A stretch of 63,789 bases of DNA, filler included, from Pirum gemmata (taxonomy: Eukaryota), in assembly GCA_002812295.1 (NCBI GenBank). It is 22 parts of 22 records of this genome, joined end to end, with 100 filler letters (N's around TTAATTAATTAA, not from the genome) between each part and the next. Parts side by side here need not be neighbours in the genome. Positions count along the whole stretch, not along the records: positions 1 to 2,572 come from PDIN01005547.1; positions 2,673 to 5,278 come from PDIN01005548.1; positions 5,379 to 8,076 come from PDIN01005549.1; positions 8,177 to 10,612 come from PDIN01005550.1; positions 10,713 to 13,257 come from PDIN01005551.1; 17 more parts are not named here. One strand, written 5' to 3'. The notes below the pieces were generated by a model. That model saw nothing but the letters and a program-made list of their open reading frames with translations. It did no database searches and was not told the DNA's origin. Of the stretch, positions 1-10,846 are shown in pieces. Every line of letters begins with the position of its first letter. Positions within the stretch are counted from its first letter, which is position 1. A program made the translations under genes and the position numbers.

Positions 1-46
<46 letters not shown>

Positions 47-58
47 GTATTATTGGTA

Positions 59-93
<35 letters not shown>

Positions 94-279
94 AATAGTA
101 TTATTATTATTATTTTAGAGTATTTAAAGCTCAGCATTTAATAGTTATAATAGCAGTTCGTAGCAGTTAGTTTTAAACGCCTTTTCACTTTTTCTCTATT
201 TTCAAAATTTTATTGTGTTTATATATTATTTTGTTATGGACATTCATAATTCACCTTCAATTTCCTATGATAAATCTAG

Positions 280-363
280 GTTTTGCTCCCAGTTTTGGTA
301 AGTTTGCAATGCCTGCAGGTAATGAAAAGACAACAAAAACAGCGACAACAGCGACAACAGCGA

Positions 364-399
<36 letters not shown>

Positions 400-1689
400 T
401 AACAGCAACAGCAACAACAACAACCAAATTTGCCCCACCTACTAACAATCCTACCTTTGGTGCTCTTAGTAGTAGCAAATTCTCTAGTACCCCACCCTCT
501 TCTACAACACCAGACCCTGTTCTTGCCACAGCTGGTTCTACACCCTTTTCCAAGACCGGATCTACCGCGCAACCTAAATTTGGTAAATTTGGTGGTTCTG
601 GATCTACCCCCGGAACATCTGCCCTATTTAGTGATGCTGGATCGACGCCCGGTGCACCAAAATTTGGAGTACCTGCTGCTAAATTTGGAAATGAAGGAAC
701 AGCCCCCGCTAAATTTGGGGGTGATGTTGGATCTACGCCTGCGCCTAAATTTGGAACACCTTTTGGTAAAACTAATGACCCTGAAAGTAATACAATAACG
801 ATCACTGAAAAAGCTAGTACAAGTGCGTCTACATTCGATACACCGTTTGGTAAAAATACTCCTAAATTTGACAGATTCCAAGCCTCTAAGACCACCACTA
901 ACACTAACACTGTAGATTCAAACACAGAAACCGAACCTACTGCAAAGCGAGCTAATCCCAGCTTTACCGCATTTTCCGCAAACAAATCACTTACAAATAA
1001 TAATAATCTAAAAGCAACAACCACAACCACAACGGCATCAACAGCACCAAACGTAGGCTTTGGTGCTGCTTCTGCCAAACCACCGTCTACCTTCGGTGTA
1101 AAATCGACACCAACCGTTGGGTTTGGCGCTACACCGGCTGGTGATGCTGGTGCTAGTAATAAATCTGTAGGTTTGGGTTCAGCAGTTGGCACTCCGAAGT
1201 TTTCTGTTTCTACGACAAAAGAGAATCCTTTTGCTAAACCGGAATCTAGCACTAAAGAAGGTTTCAGTTTTAATTCCGCTCCGAAGTCCGAAGGATTTAG
1301 CTTCAGCGCTGGTAAAGCCAGCACTAGTAATGCCAGCTCTTTTAGTATGTTGTGATGTTTTTTAAAATTTTAGTAATGGTTGTCTGTTGCTTTATTTGTT
1401 AATTATTTATTTATTTAATTTATTTAATTTATATATATACATATATATATTATATCTATCATTATTTTATTTATTTTATTTATAATTCTTAACAACGTAA
1501 TATCGTTCATTTTTAGATTTTGCTGCAAAACCTAGTGGTGGTTTCAGTTTTGGGGCAAAAAATGATAATTCTGGTAATTTATTTATTGTTATCACTGTAT
1601 TTACTATTTATTAGTACTAATTCTGTTGCTACCAACACTATTACTATTACTATTACTATTACTATTACTAATACTATTACTATTACTAT

Positions 1690-1746
<57 letters not shown>

Positions 1747-2546
1747 NNATTACTATTACTATTACTATTACTATTACTATTACTATTACTATTACTATTA
1801 CTATTACTATTACTATTACTATTGCTATTACTATTACTATTACTTTTACTATTACTATTACTGTTACTATTACTATTACTCTATTATTACCATATTACCA
1901 TTATTACCTAATATTACTATCATTTTTATTATTACAATAAATACTATAAATGGTATTATTACTATTATTACTATTTTTATTACTACTTTATTATCACTGC
2001 ATTTATAATTGTTTTCTGTTATCACTGTTATTACTATTGTCATTCTTTACTATTATCACCACAAGATCAACTTTTTCGTTATTAGTGTTTGTGTTTGGTA
2101 TGACACTATATCTCTTTATTTATATTTTTAATTATAAAATATAGGTAATGCACCACCCAAATTCGGTGCTGCCGGTGGAACTTCCAGTGGCAATGGAAAT
2201 GCCCCCCCTGCCTTCAATACTGGTGGAAATGGAAATGCCCCCCCTTCCTTTAATGCCGGTGGTAGTGGAAATGCACCCCCTGCTTTTAATACCGGTGGTA
2301 ATGGAAATGCCCCCCCTGCTTTTAATGCCGGTGGTAGTGGAAATGTTCCCCCTGCTTTTAATGCCGGAGGTAGTGGAAAGGCCCTCCCTGCGTTCAATGC
2401 TGGCGGAAGTGCTTTTAATTCCGGTGGCAGTATAAATGCGTCCGGTAGTAATGGAAATGCACCTTCTGCTTTCAATGCCGGTGGTAGTGGAAATACACCT
2501 TCTGCGTTCAATACCGGTGGCAGTGGAAATATGGGTTCAACTTTTG
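280..2546 (+). CDS. FG-repeat nucleoporin-like protein, internal exons (partial gene)
   Basis: Three phase-compatible AG/GT exons: 280-1344, 1517-1573, 2145-2546. The translation is S/T/G/P-rich with many FG motifs (PSFG, PKFG, VGFG, FSFG, GFSF). The last exon has 12-aa GNAPPAFNAGGS repeats with mostly third-position variation. The specific Nup cannot be identified. Confidence 0.75.
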
Positions 2547-2572
2547 GTAATAATAATAATAATAATAATAAT

Positions 2573-2672
2573 NNNNNNNNNNNNNNNNNNNNNNNNNNNN
2601 NNNNNNNNNNNNNNNNTTAATTAATTAANNNNNNNNNNNNNNNNNNNNNNNNNNNNNNNNNNNNNNNNNNNN
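2573..2672. other. Artificial scaffold linker N44-TTAATTAATTAA-N44 (first of 21)
   Basis: The same 100-nt linker, with stops in all six frames, starts at 2573, 5279, 8077, 10613, 13258, 15955, 18625, 21323, 23981, 26652, 29313, 32010, 36605, 39268, 41925, 46916, 49571, 52266, 55855, 58499 and 61146. Confidence 0.98.
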
Positions 2673-2794
2673 ATAACCCTAACGCCTATCATAATTCATG
2701 TTAGTATTGTTACTTTTAACAATAATAATAATAATAGATAATAATAAATAATGTGATAGATAATAATAAATAATAAAAACCGTAAAATTTGCAG

Positions 2795-4225
2795 GAGCCC
2801 AGAATTTTTCTTGGCCAAGGTATTCTACGTTATTACAATTTGAACTATATCAAAAGGATACGATGGTTGATGATAAAAATGTTTCAAAATATTTTCTGCG
2901 ATTTATTTACAATCAAGAAATTATGGAATTGCCTTTTTGTAAAAATACTGTTAATAATACAGACCTATTATGCCCTTGGGAATCTGTTGTAGAATATTTT
3001 GACAAAATAACACCCGAAAATCTCAGTGAAGAATGTAAAACAGACTCATCAGAAACCAATGCAGACCAGACTAAAAGTGGTAGTATTCATAGGTATTTGT
3101 CTTTTACTGAACCATAACCCTAACCCCTAACCCCTAACCCTAGCCCTAACCCTAGCCCCTAACCATAACCCTAACCCCTAACCCCTAGCCCTAACCCTAA
3201 CCTCTAACCCCAACCCCAACCCTAACCCTGTCTTTTGCTAAACCCTAAACCTGTCTTTTACTACATTCTATGCTAACCCCTAACGCTAACCCTAATTCTA
3301 ATCCTAACTCCTAACGCCAACCTTATCGCGAACGCCAACCCCTACTCTGATGCTAATGCTAACCCCTAACGCTAATGCTAACCCTAACACCTGTTTTCAG
3401 GGATTGTTGTCGCAAAATTATTTTCTATTGTAAATATATATTAATTTATTATTTTTTTTTGTTGTATTAATTATACGTTTGCTTTTATACAATTTGAAAA
3501 ATTTCAACTGTGAAGTTTTTTTTTCTTAATTCTCTAACTCTAACCCAAACCCTAACCCTTACTTAGCCTAAGCCTTAGCCTAAGCCTTGGCCTAAGTCTT
3601 AGCTAAGTCTTGGCTTAAACCTTAGCTTAAACCTTAGCCTAAGCCTAAGCCTTAGCCTAAGCCTAAGCCTAAGCCTAAGCCTAAGCCTAAGCCTAAGCCT
3701 AAACTTAAGCCTAAGCCTAAGCCTTAGCCTTAGCCTAACCCTAACCCTAACCCTAACCCTAACCCTAACCCTAACCCTAACCCTAACCCTAACCCTAACC
3801 CTAACCCNAATTATCCTTCTTTTTTCTAACCCTAACCCTAACCACTGATCCCCTACAGCAGCTGATCCCTACCTAACACCAACCCCTAACCCCAACCCTA
3901 ACCCCAACCCTAACCCCAACCCTAACCCCAACCCTAACCCTAACCCTAACCCTAACCCTAACCCTAACCCTAACCCTAACTGCCTAAGCCTAAGCCTAAA
4001 ACCTTTCTAATGATACTTTTATTTAATTTTAACAGTATTGATAGTTGGCAGATTTTAACTATCTGTGTCATAGTTGTAATGAGTTTGGGTTTGGGTAGCA
4101 TGGTTGGTTTTTATGTAGCAAAAAGAAAATATGACAATTTTCAAATATACAACAACATAGTTGATCATGATCTAACGGAACATGATGACTGGGGTCCTGA
4201 TATGGAGGAGCTAGCTGATGAATGA
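2795..4225 (+). CDS. Histidine acid phosphatase, membrane-anchored (lysosomal acid phosphatase-like), last two exons
   Basis: Exon 2795-3092 reads GAQNFSWPRYSTLLQFELYQ...YFLRFIYNQEIMELPFC...LCPWESVVEYFDKITPENLSEEC, which fits the C-terminal WPPYAS..FELY / YN / LPxC..CP / EEC pattern of His acid phosphatases. It splices in frame to exon 4036-4225, which encodes a TM helix, KRK, a YDNF (YxxPhi) tail and TGA. Confidence 0.75.
3112..3998. repeat. Intronic telomere-like arrays (CCCTAA)n, (CCTAAG)n and variants
   Basis: CCCTAA runs at 3112-3230 and 3735-3980 and a GCCTAA (TTAGGC) run at about 3565-3735, all inside the phosphatase intron. Confidence 0.95.
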
Positions 4226-5157
4226 AATAGGAATTTGTAATATTTAATTATTGATTATGGTTTTGTAAGTCGATTAGTTACTTGTTATTAATTATTGATG
4301 AATTGTTTATTACTGACTGTATGATTAATTGTTGGTTTTTATCATACAAATTAACATTTCAATACAATTTTGGTAAAATGATGTTGATCAATTATTTATT
4401 TTTCAAATTTATTAATTGATAAATATCAATTTTGTAGTCGATTGGATTGATTATTACTGATTGGATGATTAATTTGTTAGTTTTTATCAAAAAATTATCC
4501 TTTTAAAATATAATTTGTTAATATATTTTAAAGTATTTATTTTTCAAATTTAATAATTGATAAAAATGGTAATTGATGAAATAATAAGTTAATCATTATT
4601 GATACATTATTGATTTATATTAGTAATAAATCATCATTACGATTTAATTACTAATAGTTGTTTATGATCATTTAAATATCAAAGTGTAATTAGTGTAAGT
4701 AATTGTTCGTGATTATTTGAATATCAACGTGTAATTAGTGTATGTAATTATGAAGTTAAAAGATTAATAATTGCTTAACAATTGCTTATCGATTGTGTAA
4801 GACGCCGCTGTTTTTAGACATTCATATATATATATAATCAAGTTTTAGTCATTGGTTGTATTGTTTATATAGTTTTTGACTGGGTTTGTCACTTTTTTTA
4901 GGTTTTTAAGCATGTTTATGAATATGGCATTGTTTATTGCTTAACTTTTTTCAAGTGTTTTAACAGTAGCTGTTTCTTATGTTTGTATGTGTGTTTTTAT
5001 TTTTGCTATAGTGGTTATCTGCATAATTGTGCACCTGAATCTAGTTTTGATGAGTATCAATAGTTATAGCATATATGCTATATATTTTTTGTACGTGAGT
5101 TTTAAAGTGAGATAAAGGATGGCGATGAACATAGGTGGGTTGATGATGGTGATAGTA

Positions 5158-5220
<63 letters not shown>

Positions 5221-5378
5221 CTGACGCTGACCCTGCTGCTGATGAAGAAGAAGAAGATGATGGTGGTGATGGTGATAGNNNNNNNNNNNNNNNNNNNNNN
5301 NNNNNNNNNNNNNNNNNNNNNNTTAATTAATTAANNNNNNNNNNNNNNNNNNNNNNNNNNNNNNNNNNNNNNNNNNNN

Positions 5379-5905
5379 AGTAGCTCAAGCTAGCTGAGCT
5401 ATCATAGTAGCTAGATTAGCTAGCAAGCTAGCTACTAGCTAGAGCTGGGCGACTGAGAAAATTTCTCTCTAGCTAGGAGAAAATTAAATTTTTGAAGTCA
5501 GGACTCAGGAATACACTAGCTAGCTATCGATAGCTAGCTAGGAATACTCTGGGAGCCAGGGTAGGCTAGAGTCTACAACTTTTTTTTAGACTAGACCTAG
5601 CTAGCTAGCTAGCTAGCTAGTTATCAAGATACTAGTAGGCTAACTAGCTAGCTAGAGAGCTATCATGGCTACTACTAGCTAGCTAGCTAGCTAGTAGTAG
5701 ACCTTTTAGGGTTAGGGTTCTAGGGTGGGTTAGGGTTAGGGTCTAGTAGGGGTTAGGGTTAGGGTCTAGTAGGGGTTAGGGTTAGGGTCTAGTAGGGGTT
5801 AGGGTTAGGGTGGGTTAGGTTGTTTAGTTAGGGTTTTAATTTTAAGGGTTAGTGTTAGGGTCTACTACTAGCTACTAGCTAGCTAGCTAGTAGGGGTTAG
5901 TTAGG
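5379..5905. repeat. (TAGC)n microsatellite-rich region plus TTAGGG-like array
   Basis: Many AGCTAGCT runs; TTAGGG units interleaved with TCTAGTAG at 5705-5905. Confidence 0.85.
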
Positions 5906-5906
5906 G

Positions 5907-6082
5907 TTCAGTTGTTTTGTCATCATAAAATATACAATAAAGAGAAGTACCAAATTAATACAATATAAATCCATTTTATTTAATTTGGTATATTTTATAA
6001 ACTAATTATTAATTTAAAAATATCAATTTAAATATTATAACCAACCAAATAAATATTCAGAGTGACAAAATAAATGAAAAGC
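5907..6082. mobile_element. MITE family A copy (about 185 bp)
   Basis: Matches the family A consensus (TTCAGTTGTTTTGTCATCATAAAA...TGACAAAATAAATGAAAAGC); see the 62523 copy. Confidence 0.8.
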
Positions 6083-6164
6083 GGAATCCCGTCTAGTAGA
6101 CTCTAGCTAGCTAGACCCTAATAGACTCCTAGTACCTAGTAGCTAGCTAGTAATACTCGAGTAG

Positions 6165-6342
6165 CTTTCATTTGTTTTGTCATCATAAAATATACAATAA
6201 ATAGTGCCAAATTAATACAATATACATCCATTTAATTTAATTTGGTATATTTTATTATCTATATATTGATTTAAAAATGTCAATTTAAATATTATAACCC
6301 TCCACATAAATATTCAGAGGACAAAATAAATGAAATGCACGA
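6165..6342. mobile_element. MITE family A copy
   Basis: GCTTTCATTTGTTTTGTCA...GACAAAATAAATGAAATGCACGA followed by TA. Confidence 0.8.
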
Positions 6343-6549
6343 TAGACTAGCTACTAAGGTCTGTCATACTAGCTAGAAGCAGGCTACCTAGCTAGTACCA
6401 AGGGACTACCAGGGGGGTAGTCTACGGGCTAGCTAGAGAGTCTACAGGCTGGGGGTCTGGACTCTCTGGAGGGCTGGGGGTATGGGTAGGTAGTCTAGCT
6501 ACTAGTCTTAGGCTTTTCTCTCAGGGCTTTTCCCTGAGGCTTTTCCTGA

Positions 6550-6726
6550 GTGCTTTTCAGTGGTCATCATAAAATAAACAATAAATAGTACCAAATTAAT
6601 ATAATTAAATCCACTTAATCTAATTTGGTATGTTTTGTTATCTGTATATTGATTTAAAATTGTCAATTTAAAGATTATAACCCTCCAAATAAATATTCGG
6701 AGTAACAAAATAAATGAAAAACATGA
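6550..6726. mobile_element. MITE family A copy
   Basis: GTGCTTTTCAG...AACAAAATAAATGAAAAACATGA then TA; a near-identical inverted copy lies at 7390-7555. Confidence 0.8.
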
Positions 6727-7389
6727 TAGACTATTAAATTTTTTCAGATCTTTCCGACACTTTTCCGACTTCTTTCCAGTTCCGCTGCGAAATTCCCGAA
6801 TAGACTAGCTAGCTAGCTACTAGCTAGCTAGCTACTGAGACTATGAAACCAAAACGGCCCAGAAGTTCCACTGGTGTCAACTGTCAACAACTCCCAAGTC
6901 TCCATCCAACCCCACAAACATTGGTAGTTTATCTGATAGTTTATACCTGACTTTTATCTGTCAACCAAACCATCCCAAGCATATAATTACTTAAACATTA
7001 AATAGAAAATGAACCACTTAAAATTAATTGATTAAAAAATTAACCTTTTTTTTCGCTATGATAATTGTACATCACGGCGATACCTTTTCTGTCTAAAGCT
7101 GCCTTTTAAAAGTTATGCCCTAAAAACAAATAGACTACTGGTATCTCATGCGGAGTCATACCCTAAAAACAAATAGACTAGACTATCCCACACCCTAAAC
7201 CAACACTAAACCAACTCTCCCATCACAGTCCCATGCACCCATGCACCCATGCTCTAATAATAAAAAGAATCCAGAATCATTATCAGATGCCCGAATAAAC
7301 CTACTCCTTTCCCAAATTCCCAATTCCTCTTAGCTGAGTGACCTGAGTCTTAGGAATTAGGACCCTCTATTTCGCAAGTAGTTATGATA

Positions 7390-7555
7390 TCGTGCATTTC
7401 ATTTATTTTGTCACTCCGAATATTTATTTGGAGGGTTATAATCTTTAAATTGACAATTTTAAATCAATATACAGATAACAAAACATACCAAATTAGATTA
7501 AGTGGATTTAAATTATATTAATTTGGTACTATTTATTGTATACTTTATAATGACA
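7390..7555. mobile_element. MITE family A copy (opposite orientation)
   Basis: TA followed by TCGTGCATTTCATTTATTTTGTCA...; reverse complement of the 6550 copy. Confidence 0.8.
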
Positions 7556-7556
7556 N

Positions 7557-7605
<49 letters not shown>

Positions 7606-7786
7606 ATAGTAGTAGTACTAGTAGTAGTACTAGTAGTAGCATGTGTCCTGCTTTTCAGTTATTTTGTCACTTTGATTATTTATTTGGTACTTTGAACTTA
7701 TAAAAGTGGTTGTTTTAAATTAAAAAATAAAAAATAAACATACAAGATTAAAGTTAGGGTAAGGGTTAGTATAAACTGAAAACTAC

Positions 7787-7855
7787 CTTTTTTCTTCTCA
7801 TCTAATTTAATAGCTTGCTTCAAAGCAACATCAACCCCAGCTTTGGACGGACGCG
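7787..7855 (-). CDS. Possible isolated 69-nt internal exon (xRPSKAGVDVALKQAIKLDEKKKG), unknown protein
   Basis: High-complexity island between microsatellites, bounded by tag| and |gtagtt, symmetric phase 1, open frame. No family recognised. Confidence 0.4.
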
Positions 7856-8043
7856 CTATAACAATAATAATAATAATCATAATCATAATCATAATCATAA
7901 TCATAATCACCATGATCATAATCATAATAACCATAACAATCATAACAACAATAATAACCATATCCATAACCATAACCATAATAATAGTAATGATAATGAT
8001 AAGTATAATAAACAATGATAAACAATGATAATAATAATAAATA

Positions 8044-8076
<33 letters not shown>

Positions 8077-8176
8077 NNNNNNNNNNNNNNNNNNNNNNNN
8101 NNNNNNNNNNNNNNNNNNNNTTAATTAATTAANNNNNNNNNNNNNNNNNNNNNNNNNNNNNNNNNNNNNNNNNNNN

Positions 8177-8392
8177 TTCTTTTACGAATCTTGTTTTTTT
8201 ATCAAAAGGATTATTTCCACCAAGTTTCATCATCATACGAGGTGTTGGCCCGATACTTGTCTAATTAATTTTGTGAAAAAAATGGTAAATTTTTGTAGGT
8301 TCGTTGTACACATTTTTTTTTTCTGCTTGTTCGATTTTTGCCCCAACAAAGAAGGGGGCAGATACTGTTATGTATAAGTTGCGTCCACCATA
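8177..8392. repeat. Young dispersed repeat shared with 31590-31846
   Basis: About 150 nt (8177-8330) is essentially identical to the reverse complement of 31693-31846, and a second block (8340-8392) matches 31590-31645. Confidence 0.85.
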
Positions 8393-8727
8393 TGATAAAA
8401 AAAAAAAATGTTGCTATTTTTTATTGTTGTTCTTTTTTGGAAAGTTTTGTTACCACTTTGTTACCAATTTTCAGAGGACTTTTTTCAAAAAAAAAAAAAC
8501 CAATCAACGACTTAATTTTAAAACTACGGTAAGTAGACAAATACGTTTGTTATATATGGTGCAAAGCAAACAGCTAAAAAACTTCCAACTTTTGGGTTTC
8601 ACTAGAATTTTTAGTTTTCGAACAAAGTAATATAATAGGTATTGTGATAAGTTTTCTATTTTCGAGTATAATAATAAAAAAAAGTTGGATCATAAGTTTA
8701 TAGATAGATAATAACAAATAATACTAA

Positions 8728-8967
8728 AGTAGGGGTGAGAATCCCGTGAGATATCTACTGGAACTTTTTTCGAACAGATGCTTATCGAGCCAACCTTTGT
8801 TCCATTTTCTTACTAATAACAGAAGTAAATAGCTTAAAATAGTAAATTTAATTATAATAGATACCAATTAAAGTAATAATATTAACATTAATAGTAATAA
8901 AACCATAAAATCGGAAAAGTTCCAGCAGCTCTCGGTAATAATAAAATGACGTCATCTCACCCCTACT
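8728..8967. mobile_element. MITE family B (8-bp TSD) copy
   Basis: TIRs AGTAGGGGTGAGA / TCTCACCCCTACT; flanks AATACTAA / AATACTGG. Confidence 0.85.
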
Positions 8968-9120
8968 AATACTGGTTTATAGACTAATACTACTAGCTAG
9001 ACTAATAAAATATTAAAAAATTTGATAATAATAATTATTATTATTATTATTATTATTATTGATTTACTAGTATTTTATTATTTTATTTATATTAATTATT
9101 ATTATCGTTGTATGTACTAT

Positions 9121-9252
9121 TGTGCTTTTCATTTAATTTGTCACCCCTTTGGTTGTTTATAATATTTAAATTGACACTTTTAAAAAAATAAACATATAAT
9201 AAAATATACCAAATTAAATGAAATGGATTTATATAATAACTGAAAAGCACGA
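9121..9252. mobile_element. MITE family A copy, internally deleted
   Basis: TA-TTGTGCTTTTCATTT...TGAAAAGCACGA-TA. Confidence 0.75.
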
Positions 9253-9393
9253 TAGACCCTAGACGATAGACCTATCTGATAGGAGTCTAGCTAGGACCAA
9301 GCGAAGGCAAAGTGATTTGGAAAAGGCTAACCTAAAACATACCTTTTATTTACTACAAGTAAGAGAATACATATTTGACAAATAGCTCCTTTT

Positions 9394-9594
9394 AGTAGGG
9401 GTGAGATATCTATTGGAACTTTTTTCGAACATATGTTTATCGAGCCAATCTTAGTTCCGTTTTTCTTACTAATAATAGCAGCTAAATAGCTTAAAATAGT
9501 TAATTAAAGTAATAATATTAACATTAATAGTAATAAAACCATAAAATCGGAAAAGTTCTGGCAGCTGTTCGAATGACGTCATCTCACCCCTACT
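9394..9594. mobile_element. MITE family B copy with perfect 8-bp TSD
   Basis: TIRs AGTAGGGGTGAGAT / ATCTCACCCCTACT, flanked by CTCCTTTT at 9386-9393 and 9595-9602. Confidence 0.9.
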
Positions 9595-10846
9595 CTCCTT
9601 TTATATAAAGTTAGAATGAACCAAGGTTATTATCCCAGTTATTATCCATCTATTTCATTATTACAGTTATCCTCTCAATCTTTAATTTAATACTGTTTAA
9701 GTGTACAATTGAACTTGTTTATAAAATGAAAAATTAAATAATAAATACCAAATTAATTAAAACATGTCCGATAATTTAACCATAATAATAATTTGGCACG
9801 TTTATTCAGTTTTCGAACTGGTCAACACGATATTATCACTTTGCTCTGAATTAGTTTGACAATATATTTATATAAACACTAATTCCCGATAAGCCCACTC
9901 AATTAATGATGTCATTATAACACTTAATTGATGTAATTATACAAATTAAGTACATCCATATCTCTCACTTTTAAGTTCTACTTGTGGTTGTGCTTCTGGA
10001 GACTAAAGGATTGGTAATAGTCCTGATACATTTGTGTTTAGTGTTATATTGATGTGAGATTAATAGTGGGGGGTCATTAGCAAAGTATGAGCAGGAAATA
10101 GGGTGATGTCATGAGTTGAATATCTGGAGGGACCAGATACCTATATTCATGAACTAGATTGCAATCTAGACATTGCAGATTTCCATCTGTCTGGATATTC
10201 CAGATAGCCATCTCAGCTAGAGGTTTACAATTTTACATATAATAAAAGTAATGAAAGTTACGATTTATACAAAGTTGGAAGAAAAAGTATAATATTGGTT
10301 ATGAAAAGAATTTCGAAATACAAAGAAAACGCTTGTGGAAAGGCAAAGAAGAGTTTTAGAGCGGAGACTGTTAAAAACTTCTCGTTATATATTGAAGACT
10401 ATAATATTATATAATATATAGTTTTTTGTTATCTTTTTGAAGGCCTTGTATAATATTATTTACTTCGGATTCATTTGTAACAATAAAATTATTATATATA
10501 TATTATATTATATTCTTTTTTTCTTCCTTTTTTCACTTTTAATTAAAAACAACAACAATAATAATAATAATAATAATATAATAATATAATAATATAATAA
10601 TAATAATAATAANNNNNNNNNNNNNNNNNNNNNNNNNNNNNNNNNNNNNNNNNNNNTTAATTAATTAANNNNNNNNNNNNNNNNNNNNNNNNNNNNNNNN
10701 NNNNNNNNNNNNTTGTTGTTTGTTGTTTGTTGTTTGTTGTTATTGTTTGTTGTTGTTGTTGTTGTTGTTGTTTGTTATTGATATAAAATAACCACTCTCG
10801 CTATTGCTGCTAATAATTTTTAATGACCTACTCTACTTGAATATAG

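Noticed and set aside
257..2511. Minus-strand ORFs 257-1324 and 2128-2511
   Set aside because: Antisense shadows of the FG/FN-repeat exons, which have proper splice sites on +.
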